Shown here in pieces: positions 1 to 8,174 of a stretch of DNA of 64,000 nt. The translations under genes were made by a program, and so were the position numbers. Every line of letters starts with the position of its first letter. Positions within the stretch are counted from its first letter, which is position 1. The notes beneath the pieces are model-generated. The model saw only the letters and a list, made by a program, of their open reading frames with translations. It searched no databases and was not told the DNA's origin. Source of the stretch: Gammaproteobacteria bacterium (lineage in GTDB: Bacteria; Pseudomonadota; Gammaproteobacteria; CAJXQU01); contig JALSRM010000026.1 of assembly GCA_026984775.1 (NCBI GenBank), positions 2,456-66,455 of the forward strand. The letters are read 5' to 3'.

Positions 1-530
1 ACATAGACCCGGTCGATCTTTCCCTGGGCTATACCTGATCGGATCACCCCAAGTGCTGTTCCATAACCGGAAGTTGCCAGTGCACCTGCATTGCAGTGAG
101 TCAGTACATTCACTCGTTCCTCCAGCAGACCCGCACCCAATTCCCCCATGTGCAGATTGCTGGCCAGATCCTCTTCATGGATCCTGATCGCCTCTTTCAA
201 CAAGGTGTCTTCATCGGGATATTTTTCAAGGACATCGGCCATTCTATCAATTGCCCAGGAAAGGTTGATTGCTGTTGGCCTGGCCTTACGCAGGGCATCC
301 AGGTTCAATTTGGAACCATACGTACGAAAACCCAACACCACGCCATAGGCGGCGGTAACACCAATCGCCGGGGCTCCGCGAACCATCATCTTCCTGATGG
401 CATGTTCGACCTCTTCCATTGTCCTCAACAGACGGTATTCCTCGCTATGGGGGAGTTTTCGCTGATCGAGCAGACGCAGACCGCTTCCAACCCATTCAAG
501 GGTTTTGAATGACGGCTTATAGTTCACCAC
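1..530 (-). CDS. mtnA: S-methyl-5-thioribose-1-phosphate isomerase (MtnA), N-terminal ~175 aa; C-terminus lies beyond the window start
   Basis: Minus-strand translation reads ...KTLEWVGSGLRLLDQRKLPHSEEYRLL...MVRGAPAIGVTAAYGVVLG...THCNAGALATSGYGTALGVIRSG, the eIF-2B/MtnA family signature. Start assigned to GTG near 528-530 after a weak aaggat SD. The listed + ORF 96..512 is the antisense shadow of this gene. Confidence 0.7.
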   Translation of the reverse strand, partial: MVNYKPSFKTLEWVGSGLRLLDQRKLPHSEEYRLLRTMEEVEHAIRKMMVRGAPAIGVTAAYGVVLGFRTYGSKLNLDALRKARPTAINLSWAIDRMADVLEKYPDEDTLLKEAIRIHEEDLASNLHMGELGAGLLEERVNVLTHCNAGALATSGYGTALGVIRSGIAQGKIDRVY

Positions 531-589
531 AGGCAAATCCTTTTCAGTTTTCGTACAATGTATTCTACCTGCAAAATAAAAATAACGTG

Positions 590-1906
590 ATGAATATAGA
601 CACTCTGATCGAAGCGAAATGGATCGTTCCGGTAGAACCGGAAAATATGGTACTGGAAGATCACGCCATTGCCATTCACGAAGGCCATATTCTTGAATTA
701 CTCCCCATTGCCGATGCAGCAAACAAATTTACTGCAGAAAAGACACATCGGCTCAGCAATCATCTGCTGATCCCGGGGCTCATCAACACACATACCCATG
801 CTGCAATGAGTCTGTTTCGTGGATTGTCCGATGATCGTTCCCTGATGAACTGGCTCAATGAACATATTTGGCCAGCTGAGCAAACAGTCGTCAGTGCTGA
901 TTTCGTGCATGATGGAACACGTCACGCTATCGCTGAGATGATCAGGTGTGGTACCACCTGTTTCAATGACATGTATTTCTTTCCCGATCAAACTGCTCAT
1001 GTCGCATCCGTTGCCGGGATCAGGGCGATGGTCGGCATGATCGTCATTGACTTCCCCTCGGCATGGGCCAGAAATACCGCAGAATACTTTCATAAAGGAG
1101 AGGAGATTCATGATATTTTCCGTCATCATCCACTGATTCATACCTGCTTTGCCCCACATGCTCCTTATACAGTCAATGATGAATCCCTGCAGCGAATTGC
1201 CGTTCATGCCGAAGAGCTTGATGTACCTATTACCATCCATTTACATGAAATTGCTCATGAAGTAGAAGAGTCCGTAAATAACACTGGTGAACGTCCCATC
1301 AAACGTTTAGAAAGACTTGGATTATTATCCCCTCGCCTTGTTGCGGTTCACATGACGCAACTCGATGAATCGGACATTTCACTTGCAAAAAAATACGGTA
1401 TCAATGTCGTTCACTGCCCTCAATCCAACCTTAAACTCGCCAGCGGGTTCTGCCCTGTTCATACACTTGAAAACAGCGGAATCAATATTGCGCTGGGTAC
1501 CGATGGAGCAGCCAGCAACAATGATCTGGATATGATCGGAGAAATGCAGACAGCTGCATTGCTGGCAAAGGGTGTTGCCGCCAACGCTGAGGCCCTGCCC
1601 GCCTTTTCAGCCCTGAAGATGGCAACCCTCAACGGTGCGCGGGCATTGGGTCTGGATGATCGGATCGGTTCCCTTACAGCTGGTAAATACGCCGACATCA
1701 CAGCCATTCATATGAATACCATTGAATGTCAGCCAATCTACGATCCCGTCTCTCAACTGGTTTATTCTGTCAGCCGGGATCAGGTCAGTGATGTTTGGGT
1801 GGATGGAAAACATCTGCTTGACAATGGCCGTCTAACCACACTGGACGAAGAAAAAATTCTACAGAAAAGCCGTGAATGGCAGCCAGAGTTAAAGAGATTT
1901 CATTAA
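590..1906 (+). CDS. mtaD: 5-methylthioadenosine/S-adenosylhomocysteine deaminase (amidohydrolase, TRZ/ATZ family)
   Basis: LIPGLINTHTHAAMSLFRGLSDD metal-binding HxH motif, length about 438 aa, adjacent to mtnA. Start moved to the internal ATG at 590 (MNIDTLIEAKWIVPVE), which is the typical MtaD N-terminus. Confidence 0.85.
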   Translation: MNIDTLIEAKWIVPVEPENMVLEDHAIAIHEGHILELLPIADAANKFTAEKTHRLSNHLLIPGLINTHTHAAMSLFRGLSDDRSLMNWLNEHIWPAEQTVVSADFVHDGTRHAIAEMIRCGTTCFNDMYFFPDQTAHVASVAGIRAMVGMIVIDFPSAWARNTAEYFHKGEEIHDIFRHHPLIHTCFAPHAPYTVNDESLQRIAVHAEELDVPITIHLHEIAHEVEESVNNTGERPIKRLERLGLLSPRLVAVHMTQLDESDISLAKKYGINVVHCPQSNLKLASGFCPVHTLENSGINIALGTDGAASNNDLDMIGEMQTAALLAKGVAANAEALPAFSALKMATLNGARALGLDDRIGSLTAGKYADITAIHMNTIECQPIYDPVSQLVYSVSRDQVSDVWVDGKHLLDNGRLTTLDEEKILQKSREWQPELKRFH

Positions 1907-1966
1907 GTGCAACAATAGGCAATCGACCCCTAAGTGATCGAGGACCTGCCATGTACAAACGATGAA

Positions 1967-2758
1967 CTACCCATCCCCCTCTCTCCTTTTCGCCTCGTCC
2001 CAGAGGGCATCCATTTCTTCCAGCGTCGTCTCTTCAGTGGTCCTTCCCTGTTCATCCAGCCTGGATTCAATATAACGAAACCGACGTTCGAACTTTCTGT
2101 TTGAACGTCGCAAGGCCTTTTCCGCATCGACACCCAAATGACGAGAGAGGTTGACACAAACACAGAGTAGATCACCGATTTCATCCTCGATTCTGTCCAG
2201 TCCCATGTTTTCATTCACCGCCTCGTGGATCTCTTCAATCTCTTCGTGAAGCTTTTCCCATACCGGTTCGATGGTCTGCCAGTCAAAGCCCACACTTGCT
2301 GCCCTGTTTTGTATTTTCCTTGCCCTTACCAGCGCGGGTAAAGCTTGAGGTAAGTTGTCCATCAGGCTCTCACTTCCCTTGCCTTTTTTCTTCCTTTCTT
2401 CTTTCTTAAAAGCATTCCAGGCAGCCGGGAGTTCACTTTCATCGACTTCTGCATCGCCGAAGACATGTGGGTGACGGCGAATCAGTTTTTCACTGATTCC
2501 CTCTACAATATCGGCAAAATTGAAGTCCCCCCTTTCCTGAGCAATCTGTGCATAGAAGACCACCTGAAAGAGCAGGTCACCCAGTTCTTCACAGAGTTCA
2601 TTCGTCGTCCCGTTTTCAATTGCCTCAATCACTTCATACACTTCTTCCAGTGTATGAGGAACGATTGTTTCGTAGGTCTGTTTGAGATCCCAAGGGCAGC
2701 CTGATTCAGGATCACGGAGTTTTTCCATAATCGCCAGTAGTGTTTTGATTTGACTCAT
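1967..2758 (-). CDS. mazG: nucleoside triphosphate pyrophosphohydrolase MazG
   Basis: 263 aa with two MazG EExxE-type repeats (EEVYEVIEAIE... and EIEEIHEAV..., EIGDLLCVC); whole sequence resembles E. coli MazG. Confidence 0.9.
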   Translation of the reverse strand: MSQIKTLLAIMEKLRDPESGCPWDLKQTYETIVPHTLEEVYEVIEAIENGTTNELCEELGDLLFQVVFYAQIAQERGDFNFADIVEGISEKLIRRHPHVFGDAEVDESELPAAWNAFKKEERKKKGKGSESLMDNLPQALPALVRARKIQNRAASVGFDWQTIEPVWEKLHEEIEEIHEAVNENMGLDRIEDEIGDLLCVCVNLSRHLGVDAEKALRRSNRKFERRFRYIESRLDEQGRTTEETTLEEMDALWDEAKRREGDG

Positions 2759-2869
2759 GGGTTATCCTGTTGTTTTAATTAAACGTCTCTGATTCAGTCT
2801 GTACGGGATTTTTCAGAAGATTGGACTCAATGCAGAGATAACAACGATCATATCATCAGGTAAGCAGTT

Positions 2870-3451
2870 ATGACGTCACCAATGATCCTGAGGCTCGATA
2901 TTTCAGGCACACCAATGACCTGGATCCCATGGGAAGAGGCTGTCAACCTCTATAGCCGGGATATGATCGCCTGGACGGCAGGTAACAACATGTTCACCTT
3001 CTATGGTGGTATTTGCCGTCTGACCGGTCTTCGTTCTCAGATCTCGGTCAACTCCATCATCGCTGTCAGACGAGGCAGCCACAGCAAATATATTCGCCGG
3101 ACAATCCCTCCTCTGAATAATCGGGAATTGTTCTTCCGCGATGGAAATCTGTGCATGTATTGCGGCAAGGAATACCCAGATTTTCTGTTGACGAGAGATC
3201 ACGTCAAACCTGTATCCCGGGGTGGGCGGGATCGCTGGTCCAATGTCGTCACGGCTTGTAGGAACTGCAATACCCGCAAAGGCAACCGTTTACCTGAAGA
3301 GGCCAACATGCAGTTACTCGCAGTACCCTATGTTCCTAACTGGGCCGAATACCTGGCCCTCTCCAACCGCCGGATCCTGGCTGATCAGATGGATTTTCTG
3401 AAAAGCCAGTTCAATCAGGCTGAACGACTGCTGAGTCTGAAGGAAAACTGA
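2870..3451 (+). CDS. HNH endonuclease family protein
   Basis: CMYCGKEYPDFLLTRDHVKPVSRGG...NVVTACRNCNTRKGN: HNH motif with Cys4 zinc knuckle. Confidence 0.75.
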   Translation: MTSPMILRLDISGTPMTWIPWEEAVNLYSRDMIAWTAGNNMFTFYGGICRLTGLRSQISVNSIIAVRRGSHSKYIRRTIPPLNNRELFFRDGNLCMYCGKEYPDFLLTRDHVKPVSRGGRDRWSNVVTACRNCNTRKGNRLPEEANMQLLAVPYVPNWAEYLALSNRRILADQMDFLKSQFNQAERLLSLKEN

Positions 3452-3459
3452 CCTGACCC

Positions 3460-3975
3460 ATGAGCCGCGCTTTTGTCAAAGAACCTGATGGCGATCAGGT
3501 GGAAGACAATCTTCCTGATTTGCCGCAGAGCACAGAACCTAACTATATTACTCCTGCCGGTTTCAAAGAACTGGAACAACGCTTCCGCGAGTTGAAACAA
3601 CGCAGAAATCGACTTGAAGAAGACAAGGACGAGCTTTCCGTAAAAACCGAGATCAGGCAGGTGGAAAGAGATCTGAGGAGGTTGAAAAACCGGATCGAAC
3701 ATGCTGTTATCGTGGATCCTGCCCAACAATCCAATAATCTGATACGTTTTGGTGCGACCGTAATCGTCCTTGATGAAAATGGCGAGAGGTTAGATTTTAC
3801 CCTCGTTGGAGAAGATGAACACTGTGCTGCTACTCGTCGAATCAGCTGGAAATCTCCACTTGGAAAGGCCCTGCTTGGGAAACAAGCCGGTGACATGGTC
3901 TGGTGGGAAAGACCAGTGGGTAATGTGGAACTCGAGATTGAGTCTTTCCACTATGGAGATCGAAATAAAAGATGA
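3460..3975 (+). CDS. GreA/GreB-family transcription elongation factor paralog
   Basis: C-terminal FKBP-like Gre domain (IRFGATVIVLDENGERLDFTLVGEDE...SPLGKALLGKQAGDMV) after a single coiled-coil. A canonical greA occurs separately at 40130..40606. Confidence 0.7.
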   Translation: MSRAFVKEPDGDQVEDNLPDLPQSTEPNYITPAGFKELEQRFRELKQRRNRLEEDKDELSVKTEIRQVERDLRRLKNRIEHAVIVDPAQQSNNLIRFGATVIVLDENGERLDFTLVGEDEHCAATRRISWKSPLGKALLGKQAGDMVWWERPVGNVELEIESFHYGDRNKR

Positions 3976-5132
3976 GAACATCTCGCCGCATGGATGCCAT
4001 ACAGAGGCCCATCATTCCTATGGTTGGACAACTGATCCAGAATACGCCTGGAACCATCTCCCTGGCTCAGGGCGTCGTTAGTTATGGCCCGCCTTTAGCC
4101 GCGATGGAGATAATTCGTAGCTTCGGTTCTGATCCGGCTGACCACCTTTATGGCCCTGTTCAGGGTATCCCTGAACTGATCAGTGTTATTGAAAACAAGC
4201 TGCAGAAAGACAATCACATAAGCGGTGATATATCAAAACGTATCATCGTCACAGCCGGTGCCAATATGGCCTTTCTCAACGCACTTTTTGCGATCACCGA
4301 TCCGGGTGATGAGATCATCCTGCCCACACCGTATTATTTCAATCATGAGATGGCAATACGCATGGTCAACTGTACACCGTTAGGGGTAAAGACGGGCGCG
4401 GATTTTCAGCCCTGCCCGGAAGAGATAGAAAAGGCGATTACACCCCGCACCCGTGCGGTAGTTACCATCTCCCCCAACAACCCGGCAGGGATAGTCTATC
4501 CAGAAAAAACTTTGCGTGAGATCAATCGAATCTGCGCTGAACATGGTATCTACCATATCTGTGATGAAGCCTATGAATATTTCACGTACGACAGAGCAAA
4601 ACACTTCTCCCCTGGCTCAATCAAGAATGCCGACGGTCACACCATCTCTCTTTATTCACTCTCGAAAACCTACGGGTTTGCCAGTTGGCGGATTGGCTAC
4701 ATGCTAATCCCGAAATCGCTCTACTCGCCAATCCTTAAGGCCCAGGATACCAACCTGATCTGTGCCACCCGGATCGCCCAAAAGGCTGCGATCGTTGCTC
4801 TCGCAACCGGTTCTGCGTACTGTCTTGAAAAACGTGAAGACATTGATACAACACGCCAACATGTCATTGCCGCGCTGGAGTCGATAAGGAATTTCAGTAC
4901 CTTCCCGTCAGCTGACGGTGCCTTCTATATCCTGATGCGAATCGATACGGACAAAAAATGCATGACTCTGGTAAGAGAATTGATCGAAAAATACAGGATT
5001 GCTGTTCTTCCAGGCGATGCATTCGGCATCGATGATGGATGTTATCTCCGCATTTCTTACGGGGCGCTCGAAGCGGATATGGTAGAGAAAGGGATCCACA
5101 GGCTAATCAATGGACTGAAACACCTTGTTTGA
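3972..5132 (+). CDS. PLP-dependent aminotransferase, class I/II
   Basis: 386 aa; SLSKTYGFASWRIGYM lysine-containing PLP motif, NPAG and PGDAFG motifs. Confidence 0.8.
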   Translation: MRTSRRMDAIQRPIIPMVGQLIQNTPGTISLAQGVVSYGPPLAAMEIIRSFGSDPADHLYGPVQGIPELISVIENKLQKDNHISGDISKRIIVTAGANMAFLNALFAITDPGDEIILPTPYYFNHEMAIRMVNCTPLGVKTGADFQPCPEEIEKAITPRTRAVVTISPNNPAGIVYPEKTLREINRICAEHGIYHICDEAYEYFTYDRAKHFSPGSIKNADGHTISLYSLSKTYGFASWRIGYMLIPKSLYSPILKAQDTNLICATRIAQKAAIVALATGSAYCLEKREDIDTTRQHVIAALESIRNFSTFPSADGAFYILMRIDTDKKCMTLVRELIEKYRIAVLPGDAFGIDDGCYLRISYGALEADMVEKGIHRLINGLKHLV

Positions 5133-5247
5133 ACCCAAAGTCTCGTGAAAACTGTTAAATCACACAATTCCGGGTGATAAAATAGAACTTCAGAGAACAA
5201 TGCAGTCTATACATAGGCATCCAAGACAAAACACAAAAGGAAACATC

Positions 5248-5643
5248 ATGAAAAAACTGTTCATAGGAATATCACTTTTCACATACTCATTACTTGCCAG
5301 CAATTTTTCTCTCGCAGCCGATTCGGACGGAAATTATGCAGTCTGGGGTGAAGGTGGCGCCTCCTGCTACAGTTTCAGCAAGGCCCGGGCTGCGGAAAAA
5401 GATGCTCCCTTCAAAGCCTATCTGCGCGGTTACCTGACCTCCTATAATACGATCACAGACGATACATATAGCATCAGTGGCGGCATGAAGCTGACGGAAA
5501 TGATGGAATGGCTCGACAATTACTGCGATCAAAAGGCTATCGACAGTTTCGATCGAGCTATCCAAATGATGATTTCCAGTATTGAAGATAAACGATACAA
5601 GAAACCCAAAAAGAAAGGTATTAGTGGAGGTTGGGGAAACTAA
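5248..5643 (+). CDS. small secreted protein of unknown function (signal peptide, 2 Cys, Lys-rich tail)
   Basis: MKKLFIGISLFTYSLLASNFSLAADS signal peptide; aaagga SD 8 nt upstream of the ATG at 5248. No recognisable family. Confidence 0.5.
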   Translation: MKKLFIGISLFTYSLLASNFSLAADSDGNYAVWGEGGASCYSFSKARAAEKDAPFKAYLRGYLTSYNTITDDTYSISGGMKLTEMMEWLDNYCDQKAIDSFDRAIQMMISSIEDKRYKKPKKKGISGGWGN

Positions 5644-5649
5644 AAACCG

Positions 5650-6297
5650 ATGGGTCTTCTCTCCCACCCGGTCAATCAGGGCATAAGAAATGTACTGATC
5701 CCTGAAAACAGTTGTAAATACACCTGTCAGGACAGAGAAACCGAGCTGCAGCCTGCGGCGGTACTTATTCCATTGCTGGAAACCGAAAATGGTACGTCGG
5801 TTCTACTGACCAAAAGAACGAAACACCTCCATCACCATCCCGGCCAGGTGAGCCTCCCCGGTGGTATGATGGATGAACAGGATCGGACTCCAGTAGAAAC
5901 AGCACTGAGGGAGACCCACGAGGAAGTTGGCATCGAATCCCGTTTCATAGAGATCATGGGTGGGCTCGATGATTACCCCACCAATACCGGCTTTCTCATC
6001 AGCCCCATCGTCGGCCGGGTCTTGTCAGGATTTACCCTTGACCCGGACCCGTTTGAAGTCGAGGAAATTTTCACTGTGCCTCTGTCTTTTATCTTCGATG
6101 AAAAAAACCACCAGAGATACAGCTACGTTTCCCGGGAACTACCAGGACCACAAAGAACCGGTTATTATTATCAAATGGATTATGGAAACAAACGGATTTG
6201 GGGGGTTACCGCAGCAATTTTAGTCAATTTTTACAAGAGGTTAAAGGATAATCATCCTCTTTTTTGTGAACTAGTGCCACAAATTGACTCGCAATGA
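5650..6297 (+). CDS. nudL: NUDIX hydrolase, CoA pyrophosphatase (NudL-like)
   Basis: LLTKRTKHLHHHPGQVSLPGG matches the NudL LLTxR..H.G.V.FPGG signature; Nudix box RETHEEVGI. Confidence 0.75.
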   Translation: MGLLSHPVNQGIRNVLIPENSCKYTCQDRETELQPAAVLIPLLETENGTSVLLTKRTKHLHHHPGQVSLPGGMMDEQDRTPVETALRETHEEVGIESRFIEIMGGLDDYPTNTGFLISPIVGRVLSGFTLDPDPFEVEEIFTVPLSFIFDEKNHQRYSYVSRELPGPQRTGYYYQMDYGNKRIWGVTAAILVNFYKRLKDNHPLFCELVPQIDSQ

Positions 6298-6385
6298 TTG
6301 CGGAATTGGAAAAAATGCGTCATTATGCGCTTTGAGCACTATATTTTGTCCATTTGGACTGTGTTTCTTTAACAGGAGAATAAAC

Positions 6386-6670
6386 ATGAAAAAAACAATT
6401 CGTCTTTCTGCAATCCTTCTGACCGCCGGTCTCGCTGCCGGTTGTAGTTCTGTTACCGTTGAACAACTCGAAGCTGTTGAAGCGACTGCTAACAACGCAC
6501 TGTCCGAAGCACGCGCCGCTCAGGACACAGCAAACAACGCTCTGAGTGTTGCAAACGATGCAGCTGCTGCAGCGGCTAATGCCCAATCAGCAGCCGATGC
6601 TGCCCAGGCTTGCTGTAATGCAAACTCGGAACGTCTGGATCGTGCGTTCTCAAGGGCAATGAGCAAATAA
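6386..6670 (+). CDS. lpp: Braun-type major outer membrane lipoprotein (Lpp-like)
   Basis: aggaga SD; MKKTIRLSAILLTAGLAAGCSS lipobox; Ala-rich heptad coiled coil; C-terminal Lys (…RAMSK) as in E. coli Lpp …YRK. Unusual CC dipeptide near the C-terminus. Confidence 0.75.
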   Translation: MKKTIRLSAILLTAGLAAGCSSVTVEQLEAVEATANNALSEARAAQDTANNALSVANDAAAAAANAQSAADAAQACCNANSERLDRAFSRAMSK

Positions 6671-6691
6671 GCTAGCACCCAATAAAACAAA

Positions 6692-6728
6692 AAAGCCGTT
6701 CCCGAGATATTGGGAGCGGCTTTTTTAT
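6692..6728 (+). terminator. rho-independent terminator after lpp
   Basis: aaaaagccgttccc-gagatatt-gggagcggcttttttat: GC stem followed by a T-run. Confidence 0.6.
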
Positions 6729-6754
6729 ATCTGTTTCTGAAAACTGGACTTTGC

Positions 6755-7801
6755 TCAGAATAATTCCGTGAAACTGGCTGAGGGTGGACCGCTCTCATTG
6801 GTTTCCTGTTCTGGACGCTCAGTTTCGACGGCAATCTCACTTCCTTCAGGAATATCCTTTGAATCCACCATTCTGACCGAATCGCCTCCCTGTGAGGCTG
6901 CTGCAACACCTACCAAAACGGGCATGCCTGTATGTTCCTGTGCGACTTGCTTGACTTTATTCCAGTCAACCTTACCTTTCCCGACTTTTTCGAAGGCCTT
7001 GCTGATGGCATTAACAAGCAACTGGTATCCTTTCTTGTCAGATTCTTCAAGTGGAGGGTGGGCCTCGATATAGAGTTTACCCTTCAACCACCCTGCCTTA
7101 TAAGGTTGGTCGACAATTCTGACTGGAGTCCCTACAGGAATCTGCTCAAACAATTCCTTGATATCCTTGGGGTAAAGACGAATACAGCCGTGTGTCACCC
7201 GCATGCCCAATCCATAAGGCTTGTTGGTACCATGGATCAGATAGCCCGGAATCCCCAAGCGCATTGCAAACTGTCCCAAAGGGTTGTCCGGCCCCGCAGG
7301 TACGACATCCGGCAATGGATCACCTCGTTCTGCATGTTCCTTCTTGATCGATTTGGGTGGTGTCCATGTAGGATCTTTAATCTTCGAAATGATTCGGGTG
7401 ACTCCATGCGGGGTAGACCAGTCCCGCCGACCAATACTGATCGGGTAGGTATAGACCCTCGCCGGTTCACTCTCTCTGGTCTTAGGAAAGTAATAGAGCC
7501 GCATCTCGGGCACATTGATCACAATACCCTTTCTCGGTGCATCCGGAAGAATATAACGACTCGGAATAATAATTTCCGTACCCTCGCCCGGTAACCAGGG
7601 ATCAACTCCGGGGTTGGCATGGCGAATTTCACGGTACCCCTGATCATAGGCCCAGGCGAGATCTGAGAGGGTATCTTCATGACGTGTTGTGGTCAGACCG
7701 ATTGCCCCAATCACATCATCGCCATTTTCTGGCAGCAGAAAGGACTCTGCCAGGAGCGTTCCTGGCAGCAACATCAACAAAAGTCCTGCTAATCGCTTCA
7801 T
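6755..7801 (-). CDS. L,D-transpeptidase (YkuD domain, LysM-like N-terminal region, acidic C-terminal tail)
   Basis: Signal peptide; LysM-like TLSDLAWAYDQGYREIRHANPG; catalytic motif NKPYGLGMRVTHGCIRLYPKDIKELF (HxxxxxxxxSHGC). Confidence 0.8.
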   Translation of the reverse strand: MKRLAGLLLMLLPGTLLAESFLLPENGDDVIGAIGLTTTRHEDTLSDLAWAYDQGYREIRHANPGVDPWLPGEGTEIIIPSRYILPDAPRKGIVINVPEMRLYYFPKTRESEPARVYTYPISIGRRDWSTPHGVTRIISKIKDPTWTPPKSIKKEHAERGDPLPDVVPAGPDNPLGQFAMRLGIPGYLIHGTNKPYGLGMRVTHGCIRLYPKDIKELFEQIPVGTPVRIVDQPYKAGWLKGKLYIEAHPPLEESDKKGYQLLVNAISKAFEKVGKGKVDWNKVKQVAQEHTGMPVLVGVAAASQGGDSVRMVDSKDIPEGSEIAVETERPEQETNESGPPSASFTELF

Positions 7802-7802
7802 T

Positions 7803-8174
7803 TTATTGTCTAATCATCCCAAGTGTCAGCACCAGCCAGCCGCCCAAAAAGGCAAGTCCACCCAATGGTGTCACCATACCCAGTTTTCGTATTTCAAAAA
7901 TTGCCAGCAAATAGAGACTGCCCGAAAACAGAAAAATTCCTAAGGCAAACAACCAGCCTGCCAGTTTCAGTAAACCAGTTTCGGAAAAAAGATGGACAAG
8001 AATTCCGGTCAGCATCAGCCCCACTGAGTGGATCAGATGATACTGGACCGCGGTGTGCCAGACAGCCAGCATATGTTCATCCAGCCGTCCGCGCAGGGCA
8101 TGTGCACCAAAGGCACCCAATCCAACAGCAAGAAAGGCCGAACAAGCACCCAGTGAAATAAATAGTCTATCCAT
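7803..8174 (-). CDS. DUF423 family small membrane protein
   Basis: 123 aa, four predicted TM helices, FGAHAL motif typical of DUF423/YgdD. Confidence 0.6.
   Translation of the reverse strand: MDRLFISLGACSAFLAVGLGAFGAHALRGRLDEHMLAVWHTAVQYHLIHSVGLMLTGILVHLFSETGLLKLAGWLFALGIFLFSGSLYLLAIFEIRKLGMVTPLGGLAFLGGWLVLTLGMIRQ

Noticed and set aside
96-512. 138-aa + strand ORF at the window start
   Set aside because: Its translation has no protein-like features, and the opposite strand encodes a clean MtnA N-terminus; it is an antisense shadow ORF.
6932-7594. 220-aa + strand ORF
   Set aside because: Antisense to the L,D-transpeptidase gene, whose catalytic motif is clear.
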